A stretch of 64,000 nt of DNA from Squalus acanthias (lineage: Eukaryota). Position numbers and translations under genes: made by a program. The notes beneath the pieces are model-generated. The model ran no database searches, was not told where the DNA came from, and saw only the letters and a program-made list of their open reading frames with translations. Location of the stretch: positions 122,204,001 through 122,268,000 of the forward strand of contig CM059431.1 of the NCBI GenBank assembly GCA_030390025.1. The letters run 5' to 3'. This document shows positions 1-10,983 of the stretch, piece by piece; within the stretch, counting starts at the first letter, position 1, and each line of letters starts with the position of its first letter.

Positions 1-1615
1 TTCTGCCCTGTGGATAGAAGGCCAGGAAATTCTGGAGGGGGGCAGAGTGAAGATGTTCCATCTGCCTCCGCTATGTCAGAGGTTGCCTAGAGTTCTAGGG
101 CCTCCTCAGGAAATTCCGTCCAGTACGCCATCTGAGAGCAGACATAGATTCCGCTATGGGCCTTCCAAAGATCCCCAAATTCAACCCCCAAAACATGCTA
201 ATGACTCCATCCTTGCAATTTGGTATCGGATCAGTGTCCCTTGGAGTTGATGGATGAGGCCCTGCTCTCCCACACTTTTACCAACTGAGTGGGGTCATCA
301 GACTTTCAGCCTCATGATCTCTTACCTCTGCTAGGTCCTTCAATAATGTGCATGGAATTAAGGATTTCACAAACACTAAATAGGGAAAGCAGCTTGTAAA
401 GTTGGCTCCTGGGTAACGTGACTGGTGACTTGCAGCAGTATCCCTTTAAGGCTGAGGAATGCAGGATGAAGGGCACATTCTAGAGGAAGGAATATAATGA
501 ATTCTACCTTTAAACTATTAAAGCAATGTGTCAGATATTTAGAACCACTCTGGCTCTGTGGGATGAACCAGAATGAGATGGAATAATAATACGTTACATG
601 CTGCAGGTATTGCAATTAAAAGAAGCGTGCACGTACTTGGCAAATATGAGCATCAGTAGCAATTCAGGTCCTAGGAACAGGCTGACAGTGAAATTGATTC
701 TCTTGCTGAGAACCAGGTGGAAGCAACACAGATGTGATGAGATCTTTGCGATGAATTCTGCAGTCTCCAACATATCATACAGGGTGCCGAGAACATTCTC
801 ACAGGATTGAATGTAGCATTTCTGCTCATTAATGAGCTCTTCTCCACAGGCCGCTCCAGTAAGGTAAGAATCTTTGGACCGTACAGCAGAGAAACAGTAA
901 CCCGATATTAACAGGGAAGTGGGGAGAGTGCAGGGGAGTGTGGTCGCGTGGGGAAAGCGCAACAAGGGCAGGGACGTGGAGGCCCTGCCGATCTTAACGG
1001 TCGGGCCTCATTTAAATAATATGTTACAGTCTCCTGCCCGACAGCCGGTCAATTTGACAGCCTGGCTGGTGGGCAGGAGTGCAAACAAGTTCACCTTGTT
1101 GCTGCCACTCTGCTGTCACCTCAGTTTGTTCCTTCGGGGCTGTGCATTTCACCAATGTTCCCTTGTGACCCTCACTACCTGATTGCTTCGAGGTTGATGT
1201 ATTTTATCTGGTGCCTGTGCGGTCAGGAGTGGTTGATGGCTGTTTTTTGGGATAGATCAACTGCTGGGTCATATCAGCTGGGGGGCGACATCAACTCGGC
1301 ACGGCCTTTCGCAAAGAGCAAAGGAACAAATGTTACTGTGCTGTATGCTTGAAATGGTTCGACCGTAGTATGAAGTACATTGAGTGCCATGCTGTGGCTG
1401 GGCACATGTAGCTGCATGTTACTGAGGGAGGGAGTTTCAAAGGTAAGAAATAAGAAGTGGAAGAGAAAACTTTTATTGTTATTTTGGCATCAAGTGACCA
1501 AGCGCTCCTTGGCCCACATCCTCTCTGGCCTCCTCACCCACAATTTTAAGAACAGCCTCCTCATGGCAGCTCAAACAGCATAGGTTGGCAAGGCTTCCAG
1601 CTATCCAGTTTCTCT

Positions 1616-3929
1616 GGCCGGAATTTTCTCAAGGGAGGCGGATTGGGGCTGGGGTCCCTCCGAGGCAGGCGAGAAACCCAGGAGGCTTGGATTCCCAAAG
1701 GCCTTGCCGACTTTAACGGTAGGGCCTGATTTGAATGCGTGGCCTCGGATTACCGCCCACAGCCAGCCAGATTGAGAGGCTGGCTGGCTGCGTACGGGTA
1801 CGCCTCAGAAGAATGGGGTGGTCCAGGCGAGGGATCGTGGCGGGGTGGGGGTCAGCAATTGGCCGGGGTCGGGGATCGGGGTGGAGGGGGAGAGAGAATT
1901 GGCCGGGGTCGGGGATCGCGGTGGGGGGGAGAGAGAGAATTGGCCGGGGTCGGGGATCTGGGCTGGGGAGAGGATCGTCAGGGGTCATGATCGGGGCGGG
2001 GGCTGGGTTGGCTGGGGATTGCTGGAGGGTTGGGGGTGGGTTAGACAGGGATCGGGGGGTGGGGGTGGTGTAGGCCGAGGATTGTGGGGGGGGGTGATGT
2101 CGGCCGAGGATTGTGGGAAGGTGGTGTTCGGCCGAGGATTGTGGGGGTGGGGTGATGTCGGCCGAGGATTGTGGGGGGGTTGATGTCGGCCGAGGATTGT
2201 GGGGGGGGTGGTGTCGGCCGAGGATTGTGGGGGGGGTGGTGTCGGCCGAGGATTGTGGGGGGTGGGGGAGGGATCGGTCGAGGATTGTGGGGGGGGGGGG
2301 TGTCGGCCGAGGATTGTGGGGGGGGTGGTGTTTGGCCGAGGATCTTGCGGTTTGGGTGGTGTTCGACCGGGGATCGGGGAGGGGGGGTGATGTCGGCCGA
2401 GGATTGTGGGGGCGGTGGTGTCGGCCGAGGATTGTGGAGGGTGGGGGGGGGGATCGGTCGAAGATTGTGGGGGGTGGTGGTGTTCGGCCGGGGATCGGGG
2501 AGGGGGGGTGATGTCGGCCGAGGATTGTGGGGGGTGGTGGTGTTCGGCCGAGGATCTTGCAGTTTGGTGGGGGGTCGGCCGAGGATCTTCCGGTTTGGGG
2601 AGGGGGTCGGCTGAGGATCGTGGCGGTTGGGGGGGGTCGGCCGAGGATTGTGGGGGTGTTGGTGTCGGCCGAGGATTGTGGGGGGAGGGATGTTCGGCCG
2701 AGGATCGTGGGGGTTGTGGGCGGGTTCGGCCAAGGATTGTCGGGAGGAGGGGTGTTCGGCTGGGGATTGTGGGTGTTGCGGGGGGCCGGTCAAGGATTGT
2801 GGGGGGGGGTGGTGTTTGGCCGAGGATCTTGCGGTTTGGGTGGGGTCGGATGAGGATCGTGGCGGTTGGGGGGGGTCGGCCGAGGATTGTGGTGGGGGGT
2901 GGTGTTCGACCGGGGATCGGGGAGGGGGGGTGATGTCGGCCGAGGATTGTGGGGGGGGGGTGGTGTTCGGCCGAGGATCGTGGCGGTTGGGGGGTGTCGG
3001 CCGGGGATTGTGGGGGTGTTGGTGTCGGCCGAGGATTGTGGGGGGGGGTGGTGTCGGCCGAGGATTGTGGGGGGGGTGGTGTCGGCCGAGGATTGTGGGG
3101 GGGGTGGTGTCGGCCGAGGATTGTGGGGGGGGTGGTGTCGGCCAAGGATTGTGGGGGGGGTGGTGTCGGCCGAGGATTGTGGGGAGGTGGTGTCGGCCGA
3201 GGATTGTGGGGAGGTGGTGTCGGCCGAGGATTGTGGGGGTGTTGGTGTCGGCCGAGGATTGTGGGGGGTGGGGGTGGTGTTCGGCCGAGGATTGTGCGGG
3301 GGCGGGTGGTGTTCAGCCGGGGATTGTGAGGGTTGCGGGGGGGTCGGACGAGGATTGTGAGGGGGGTTGGTGTTCGGCCGAGGATTGTGGGGTTGGGGGG
3401 GGTCAGCCGAGGATTGTGGGGGTTGGGGGGGGGTCGGACGAGCATTGTGAGGCGGGGTGGTGTTCGGCCGAGGATTGTGGGGTTGGGGGGGGTCGGCCGA
3501 GGATTGTAGAGGGTGGTGGTGTTCGGCCGGGGATCGGGAGCGGGGAGAGGATCGAGGCCGGACTCATCACCGTTGGTGGAGGGGGAGGCCTGGTTAGCGG
3601 GGAGGCCTGGGAAGGTGATTGGCGGCCCCGTGGGTTCGTTATGGACCCTGGATCCAGGAGCTAGCTATAAAGCCACTTACCCCCTGGATGCAGCAGTCCC
3701 CGCCTCCCTTTAACTGCCAGGTTTCACAAATTGTGTGAAACCCATCCACAGGCAGTGAAACACAAAATGGAGGCAAAAAAAGAGGCTTCCAGTCTCATTA
3801 CAATATTTAAATTGAGGCACCGCCCCCTTGGAGTGAGATGGTCGCCCGCCCCCACCCTGCCCCCGTCCCGCCTCTGGCAAAACAGGAAGTGGGCGGGTTG
3901 GACCGTTTTTTTAGGGGAAAATTCTGGCC
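1616..3929. mobile_element. Non-autonomous PIF/Harbinger-like TIR element containing a G-rich minisatellite
   Basis: Left end GGCCGGAATTTT; right end reverse-complements to GGCCAGAATTTT; 3-bp TSD TCT on both sides (1613-1615, 3930-3932). Confidence 0.8.
1840..3560 (+). repeat. G-rich minisatellite, ~25-30 bp unit with core TCGGCCGAGGATTGTGGGG(n)TGGTG
   Basis: Directly visible tandem array of roughly 50 variant units. Confidence 0.95.
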
Positions 3930-3993
3930 TCTGTCTTCAACTGGGAACAACTCCTCCTTTAAAGTTATATGCTTTCAGCACACCTCTGAGTTG

Positions 3994-4335
3994 CAACATA
4001 ACAACAATTTACATTTATATAATGTCTTTAAGATGAAAAAATTGTCCCAAGGTGCTTCACAGGCGCGTAATCAGACAAAAACTTTCACACTGAGTCAAAG
4101 AAGAAGGTATCAAGATGGGTAACTAAGAGCTTGGTCACAAAGAGTGTCTTAAAGCAGAAGAGAGAGGTGAGGGTGGAGAGCTTTAGGGAGGGAATGTCAG
4201 ATCTTAGGGCCCATCAGCTGAATGCACAGCCACCAATGATGGGTTGGAGGAAGTGGGGGATGCATAAGAGGCCAGAATTGGAGGAATGCAGAGTTCGTGG
4301 AGGTTTATAGGACTGGAGAAAATCAGAGAGATAGG
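3994..4335 (-). mobile_element. L2 LINE 3' fragment
   Basis: ACAACAA tail followed by ATTTATAT...GTCCCAAGGTGCTTCACAGG; homologous to the L2 copies at 40730 and 62550, whose ORF remnants are L2-like. Confidence 0.75.
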
Positions 4336-4517
4336 GAGAACCCCAAAATGGCGGGCAAGAAACGCAAACAAGGACAAACAATAGGCGTCCTTTGCATATG
4401 CAAATAAAGGATCTAACACTTGCTTGAGGTCTCTGCTCCAACATTTGTTTGTCTTGAATGTAGAGCCGGGAGGAGCAGGAGTGCTTCCCCCCAACCCCAC
4501 ATTTAACCCCCCTTCCG

Positions 4518-5153
4518 ATGGCCGCTGCTCCCGATCCTCGGTCTTCCCACCCGCAGCTTCCTCTCCTGACCCCCTATCACATACACTCCTGTCCCTTCAC
4601 CGCAAGCCCTCCCCGCCCGGTTCCAACCCCTGGTCTCCCACACACCTGGCACCGCCCCCCTGACTCCCGTGTCTCCAAGAAACCCCCCTCTCAACCCAAT
4701 CCCGACCGAGACTCCAAGATGGTATGTTGCCTCCCTGGTGCAAGGGTCAAGGATGTCTCGGCGCGGGTGCAGAACATTCTGGAGGGGGAGGGGGAACAGC
4801 CAGTTGTCGTGATACATGTTGGTACCAACGACGTAGCTAAAAAAAGGGAAGAGGTCCTACAAGTAGAATTTAGGGAGTTAGGAGCCAAGCTAAAAAGTAG
4901 GACCTCGAAGGTAGTAATCTCTGGATTACTACCAGTGCCACGTGCTAGTAAGAGTACAGAGAACAGGATAGTTAGGCTAAATACGTGGCTTGAGCAGTGG
5001 TGTAAGAGGGAGGGTTTTAAATTTTTGAGGCATTGGAACCAGTTTTGTGGTAGGTGTGACCTATACAAAAGGGACGGTCTACACCTGTGCAAGGATGGAA
5101 CTGATGTTCTCGGGGTAATTTTTGATAAAGCAGTTCGGGAGCATTTAAACTAG
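4518..5153 (+). CDS. Chimeric ORF: ~60 aa of flanking Pro-rich sequence fused in frame to the CR1 ORF1 SGNH-esterase C-terminal part
   Basis: RDSKMVCCLPGARVKDV...IHVGTND...DGLHL matches the ORF1s at 25944 and 57356; the GDS block is absent. Confidence 0.6.
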   Translation: MAAAPDPRSSHPQLPLLTPYHIHSCPFTASPPRPVPTPGLPHTWHRPPDSRVSKKPPSQPNPDRDSKMVCCLPGARVKDVSARVQNILEGEGEQPVVVIHVGTNDVAKKREEVLQVEFRELGAKLKSRTSKVVISGLLPVPRASKSTENRIVRLNTWLEQWCKREGFKFLRHWNQFCGRCDLYKRDGLHLCKDGTDVLGVIFDKAVREHLN

Positions 5154-8100
5154 TATGGCAGGGGGCTAGAAACCTATGTAGTGAAATAGAGGAAAGTGAA
5201 AGGCAGACAGAAATAAATGGTAAAAGGGTGAGGAACAAAAAACAAAGGGCCAAACTAATTCATAAAAAATGTGAGCATAAAAAAAGCCTGAGGGTTTTAT
5301 ACCTTAATGCGAGAAGCATCAGGAACAAGGTAGATGAATTAGCTGTGGAAATAGAGGTTAATAATTATGATCTAATTGGGATTACGGAAACATGGTTGCA
5401 GGGTGAGCAGGGCTGGGAGCTTAACATACAGGGGTATTCAGTATTTAGGAAGGATCGACAAAAAAGAAAGGGAGGAGGGGTAGCATTGCTGGTAAAAGAG
5501 GGGATAAATGCAATTGAAAGGAAGGATATTAACTCAGTTAATACAGAATCTATATGGGTGGAGCTAAGAAATAGCGAGGGGCGAAAAACATTAAAAGGAG
5601 TGGTATATAGGCCTCCAAATAGTAAAATAGAGGTTGGGGAGGGCATCACGAGAGAAATTAGAGAAGCGTGCAATAAGAGCACAGCTGTCATCATAGGTGA
5701 CTTTAACTTACATATAGATTGGACTAGCCTAATCAGTAAAAATAATGAGGAGGAGGAATTCCTTGAGTGTTTAAGGGATGGTTATCTGGATCAATATGTC
5801 GAGGAACCAACTCGGGAACAGGCTATATTGGACTGGGTACTGTGCAATGAGAAGGGACTAATTAGTAATCTTGTTGTACGAGGACCCTTGGGTCAGAGCG
5901 ATCATAACATGATCGATTTCTCACTCGAAATGGAGAGCGAAGAAATTGACTCAGAGACTAAGGTCCTGAATTTAAACAAGGGGAATTATGATGCCATTAG
6001 ACGGGAACTGAGTAGGTCTGATTGGACAACGTTCCTGGGAGGACTGGAGGTAGATAAACAATGGCAAGCATTTAAAGATAGAATGACAAAATTGCAAAAA
6101 TTGTTTATACCAATCTGGCATAAAAGGAAATCTAAAAAGGTGACTCAACCATGGATAACAGGGGAAATTAGAGACAGCATAAAATCCAAAGATAGGGCGC
6201 ATAAAATAGCCAAAAAAAGCGCCAGAGCGGAAGATTGGGAACAGTTTAAGATAGAGCAAAGGAGGACAAAGGGCTTAATCAAGAGGGGCAAAATAGCTTA
6301 CGAAAGCAAGCTGGCGGAAAATATAAAAACTAACTCCAAAAGCTTTTATAAGTATATCAAGAGGAAAAGACTGGTGAAAACCAAAGTTGGTCCATTGCAG
6401 TCAGATACGGGGGAATATATAACGGGAAATAAGGAAATGGCAGACCAACTAAATGCATACTTTGGGTCAGTCTTTACGAAGGAAGACACAAAAAACCTCC
6501 CTGGGATATCGGGAAAAATAGGGACATTGGCAAAGGAGGAACTGACGCAAATCAATATCTCTAAGGATATGGTGTTAAGGAAGCTAAAGGGATTGAAGGC
6601 GGACAAATCCCCAGGGCCTGATAACATGCATCCTAGGGTACTGAAGGAGCTGGCCCTAGAGATAGCGGATGCACTAAGTATGATTTTTCAGAATTCATTA
6701 GACTCGGGAACAGTGCCCATGGATTGGAGGGTAGCTAACGTTACCCCACTATTCAAAAAGGGGGGTAGGGAAAAAGCAGGTAATTACAGACCTGTAAGCC
6801 TTACATCAGTTGTGGGCAAAATGCTGGAGTCCATCATTAAGGATGAAATAGCGGAGCACTTAGCAAATGGGGACAGGATAGTGCAGAGTCAACATGGATT
6901 TACAAAGGGTAAATCGTGCTTGACTAATCTATTGGAATTTTTTGAGGGAGTAACTGGTAAAATAGATGGGGGAGAGCCAGTAGATGTGGTGTACCTGGAC
7001 TTCCAAAAGGCCTTCGATAAGGTCCCACATAAAAGATTAGCATGGAAAATTGAAGCTCATGGGATAAAGGGGAAAGTATTGACGTGGATAGAGAACTGGC
7101 TGTCAGATAGAAAACAGAGAGTTGGAATAAACGGCTCATTTTCTGAATGGCAGGCAGTAACAAGTGGGGTACCACAGGGATCTGTCCTGGGTCCCCAGCT
7201 GTTCACAATTTACATTAATGACCTGGATCAGGGAGTCGGATGCAGCATTTCCAAATTTGCAGACGACACTAAACTAGGAGGGGGGGTGGGCTCAGAGGAG
7301 GAGACCAGGAAGCTCCAGAGCGATTTGGACAGACTGGGTGATTGGGCGGATAAATGGCAGATGCACTATAATGTGGACAAGTGCAAAGTTATCCACCTTG
7401 GGTGCAGGAACGGGAGGGCAAATTATTATTTAAATGGCAATAAATTGGGAGAGGGGGAAGTACAGAGAGACCTGGGTGTTCTTGTACACCAGTCACTGAA
7501 GGCGAGCATGCAGGTGCAACAGGCGGTCAAGAAGGCAAACGGTATGCTGGCCTTCATAGCAAAAGGGTTGGAATACAGGAACAGGGATACCTTGCTGCAG
7601 CTGTACAGGGCACTGGTGAGACCACACCTCGAGTATTGTGTACAGTTTTGGTCGCCTCATCTGAGGAAAGATGTTCTTGCCATGGAGGGGGTGCAGCGGC
7701 GATTCACCAGGCTGATACCAGGAATGGCGGGATTGACCTATGAGGAGAGACTATGTAGTTTAGGGATGTACACACTGGAGTTTAGAAGATTGAGAGGGGA
7801 CCTCATAGAAGTGTATAAAATTCTGACAGGTCTAGACAGACTAGATGCAGAAGGAATGTTTCCCTTGGCGGGTGAGAACAGAACTAGAGGACATAATTTA
7901 AGGATAAGGGCTAAACCATTTAGGACAGAAATGAGGGGGAATTTCTTCACTCAGAGGGTGGTGAACCTGTGGAACTCATTGCCACAGAGGGCAGTGTACG
8001 CCAGCTCATTAAATATATTTAAGAGGGAATTAGATATATTTCTACAGGCAAAAGGGGTTAAGGGTTACGGAGAGAAGGCGGGGACGGGATACTCAATTGG

Positions 8101-8190
8101 AGGATCAGCCATGATCTCATTAAATGGCGGAGCAGGCTCGAAGGGCCGGATGGCCTACTCCTGCTCCTATCTTCTATGTAATCTATATAA
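4700..8190 (+). mobile_element. 5'-truncated CR1 LINE (ORF1 C-terminal half, intact ORF2, 3' tail)
   Basis: Esterase ORF1 part, then APE-RT ORF2, then tail GATCAGCCATGATC...GGCCTACTCCTGCTCCTAT. Confidence 0.95.
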
Positions 8191-8215
8191 AACTCCAGGC
8201 TCCCCTGAACCGTAA
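5228..8215 (+). CDS. CR1 ORF2: apurinic-like endonuclease plus reverse transcriptase, uninterrupted 995 aa (true start uncertain)
   Basis: YLNARSI, GITETW, GDFN and SDH endonuclease motifs; [28 protein letters not shown] and FADD RT motifs. Confidence 0.95.
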   Translation: MRNKKQRAKLIHKKCEHKKSLRVLYLNARSIRNKVDELAVEIEVNNYDLIGITETWLQGEQGWELNIQGYSVFRKDRQKRKGGGVALLVKEGINAIERKDINSVNTESIWVELRNSEGRKTLKGVVYRPPNSKIEVGEGITREIREACNKSTAVIIGDFNLHIDWTSLISKNNEEEEFLECLRDGYLDQYVEEPTREQAILDWVLCNEKGLISNLVVRGPLGQSDHNMIDFSLEMESEEIDSETKVLNLNKGNYDAIRRELSRSDWTTFLGGLEVDKQWQAFKDRMTKLQKLFIPIWHKRKSKKVTQPWITGEIRDSIKSKDRAHKIAKKSARAEDWEQFKIEQRRTKGLIKRGKIAYESKLAENIKTNSKSFYKYIKRKRLVKTKVGPLQSDTGEYITGNKEMADQLNAYFGSVFTKEDTKNLPGISGKIGTLAKEELTQINISKDMVLRKLKGLKADKSPGPDNMHPRVLKELALEIADALSMIFQNSLDSGTVPMDWRVANVTPLFKKGGREKAGNYRPVSLTSVVGKMLESIIKDEIAEHLANGDRIVQSQHGFTKGKSCLTNLLEFFEGVTGKIDGGEPVDVVYLDFQKAFDKVPHKRLAWKIEAHGIKGKVLTWIENWLSDRKQRVGINGSFSEWQAVTSGVPQGSVLGPQLFTIYINDLDQGVGCSISKFADDTKLGGGVGSEEETRKLQSDLDRLGDWADKWQMHYNVDKCKVIHLGCRNGRANYYLNGNKLGEGEVQRDLGVLVHQSLKASMQVQQAVKKANGMLAFIAKGLEYRNRDTLLQLYRALVRPHLEYCVQFWSPHLRKDVLAMEGVQRRFTRLIPGMAGLTYEERLCSLGMYTLEFRRLRGDLIEVYKILTGLDRLDAEGMFPLAGENRTRGHNLRIRAKPFRTEMRGNFFTQRVVNLWNSLPQRAVYASSLNIFKRELDIFLQAKGVKGYGEKAGTGYSIGGSAMISLNGGAGSKGRMAYSCSYLLCNLYKTPGSPEP

Positions 8216-8569
8216 CCCATCCGGATCCCCGACCCCCACAACTCCAAGACCCCCGACCCAAACCCAAGTCCGGCGTTGTCTCACCCGCCTATATCTGACC
8301 TGACCTCCGTACCCACTTGACACACCCAGTGAAATTCTTGAATAATGCACAGCCAGTACCGTAGATGTTTCTCTTCTTTATTACCTGGTCAAGGCAGAAG
8401 AGTATAAATCATAATAAAAGGATGAGCTGGGTAATCATCTCACTCTCTAGAATTATTTAAATGCTGCTGTAATAAGTTTTTATATAAATCAGTTTATGAT
8501 ATTTAATTCCTGTCATTTATGGATAGATGTGTTTTTCAGCTATATACATGAACCCAACCAAACACTATT

Positions 8570-9332
8570 GGGCCAGAAATTCGGGTCTCCACGGGTGAGT
8601 ACACGCTGGGTACTCACCCGTAGACCCAATGAAAGTGCCGGTTTCGCGCATGCACTGCGCATGCGCTGGAAACCGGAACTTCTGTTCCCTTGAAGGAAGG
8701 GGTTCGGAGGTCAAACGCGTGCGCCGGAGAGGCAGCGCGCACGCAGCGAACTTCGGTTTTTTTTTTCAGGTTTCTCCGTGAGGGTAAGTACGGAGAAGCT
8801 GCGCAGGAAAAAAGGAGGCGCAAGGCCTGCTTTTAATAAGGTAAGTGGTGAATTAAGTACAATTTAAACATTTTTTCAACAGGTTTATCTTTTTTACATA
8901 CTTTAAAGAAAGGTAAGTTTATTTTTAGCACCGTTAAAAAGTGTAATTAATTTTTTCAAAAATTTAAATTTTTGTTTAAAGTGGTTAATTTATGTAATTT
9001 ATAGTTATTTTAAAAATGTGATTAAAAAAAATGTATTTGAAGTTTTAGTGAGGTTTTGGGGCCGATCTCTATTCAAAGATTTGACAGGTCTTCCTTTCAA
9101 AATCTATGAATGGAGATTCCCTGCTCCGATTGGCTCTCCATGGCCCACGTGATCCCAGAGGACGCTTCGAACTAACTGCGCCCCTGGGATACGCAAGCAC
9201 TGCGCGCCGGCAGCTGCAGGAGGCCCAGGAGCCGAATTTCACGCGGGCCTGAAGCACAACAGCAGGCGCGGTAGGTAAGTACGCGCGCGATCCTTGCACC
9301 CGCGGGAAGCCGGAGAGCTGAACTTCTGGCCT
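8570..9332 (+). mobile_element. Harbinger-type MITE family A, copy 1
   Basis: TIR GGCCAGAA(A/G)TTC at both ends; CpG-rich arms around an AT-rich core; homologous to the copies at 13263, 28537, 35979 and 52840. Confidence 0.85.
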
Positions 9333-9739
9333 CTTATAAACACTTATTTTTGTGGATGATAGCAATTGCATATCCCAGAAAGATCAGTGAATGATGTTTC
9401 ATTTTACTGTGTAATTTTTAGACAATCCCTGCATCACTCCTTTAGTTATTACAGAAAAGTGAATGTTTGATGAGTTTTCATTGTGTTATTTTCCATTATC
9501 TCATGTCACTGATGTCAAGCAGGTCCATGTTTTCAATTATTTTAGGTGAATGTTCTCATTGGTGTCCTTATCAGTTCACACAGTCATTACAGACTTGTAT
9601 GTATTTAATTAAACTAGCCACTTAAACAAATGAAATATGTGGTAGGATTTCTAATTTATTTCTGCCTTTCCTTTTAACCTACTTATTAGAAGTAGTCCCG
9701 AATCTTAATATTAGAAAATTGTTCACTCATATATATATT

Positions 9740-10157
9740 TATATTTTCCCTCACTAATGGTTTGTCCTCCTCTCCTGAAGTTATTTGCTCATTGATGGAC
9801 TATGGCTCCTCAGGAGCAGTTGCTCTCCTGGCACCTCACTCAAGCTGCTATTATTACTACATAAGCCTGACAGAGAGCAGTGGCATGTTTTCAATTGCAA
9901 CTGCAACTGTTCACATCCTAAACTGTCCTGACCCAATGACCATGCATGCGCACTTCCAGTAGGGGTTACTGGGTAACAATTAGAAGTGGAAACGTCCATT
10001 TATCTTCTCCCTAACCTAATGATGGCAGGAAGGGGAGGTCACTGAGGTATCTACCATTGTCCATCTAACTCAATACAAGTTGCAGATTGAAGCTACAATC
10101 TTCTGGTCTGTATTGCATAGCTACTCACCAGATGAACTTGTGGAATCATCAGGGGAA
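9740..10157 (-). mobile_element. Possible ancient, degenerate tRNA-derived SINE
   Basis: A B-box-like GATTGAAGC...CTTCTGGTCTGTAT segment near a TCAGGGGA terminus; resemblance only. Confidence 0.3.
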
Positions 10158-10480
10158 CCTATATATTCCCTGTTTTAATTTGAAGCCAGTTTCTTTCTAA
10201 CTGATTGATAAAAATATATATAATACACATATTAAGGATTGCACATTTAGAAGGTACAATTTATAAAATTGCCTCCAGCTGCTAGGATATAATAGGCATC
10301 AATATAAATTGGACACGGCAGAAGATCTGTTTATATGATTTATTCAATTATTATACCATTGCATTCACTGTGAAGTATTGATCTAGTGCAGTGCTGGAAG
10401 AACTGTAACTAAAAAAAAACTCACCTCAAAAAGAATGTTGAAAGCTCTAGTCTCTCTCCCTTATAAATCGTGAATTACTG

Positions 10481-10672
10481 AAACAAAAGCAAAATACTGT
10501 GGATGCTGAAAATCAGAAATAAAAACAGAAAATGCTGGAAATACTCAGCAGGTCAGGCAGCATCTGTGGAGAGAGAAACAGAGTCAAACGTTTCAGGTCG
10601 ATGACCTTTAGTCATGAAAGGTCATCGACCTGAAACATTAACTCTGTTACTCTCTCCACAGATGCTGCCTTA
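10481..10672. mobile_element. Penelope-like element terminal repeat in inverted (fold-back) arrangement
   Basis: Arms ~10556-10609 and ~10617-10669 are reverse complements; sequence matches the tail of the GIY-YIG-bearing fragment at 62828-63323. Confidence 0.8.
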
Positions 10673-10983
10673 CCTTTAACTGGTTCCCTGAAAAGCAACA
10701 CACAGTAAAGGCTGCTGGGCTGACACTTGCTCATATTGTAAATATTTGTGCTGTGTCAAGGCAGAAGCTCAACTTTCCTTATTAACATTTATAGGTAGTG
10801 ATCATTACTAAATTAGATTTGCTGAATTCTTAAATAAACAGATCTATTTGTATCAGTCTGTGCCTTTTCTCGAGTGTCTAACTCATATGCTCCAGCTCAC
10901 CACATGCAAGGATGCTATTTTGGAAGAGAAACAAGCCAGAGGAAAGGTTGCAACATTTTTGCCGAGACTTGCTGTCCCGCTTA

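Noticed and set aside
1..190. Possible transposon end (AAATTCAACCCC)
   Set aside because: The partner end would lie outside the window; evidence is insufficient.
598..870. Short ORFs and a possible micro-exon (acceptor at ~849, donor at ~864)
   Set aside because: No recognisable protein similarity or partner exons; such splice-like motifs are common by chance.
1840..3560. CRISPR-like repeat-spacer look of the array
   Set aside because: The intervening sequences are G-run variants, not unique spacers; eukaryotic context and no cas genes.
1713..3664. Long Pro-rich and Gly-rich ORFs (up to 486 aa)
   Set aside because: By-products of a stop-poor minisatellite that is open in many frames on both strands.
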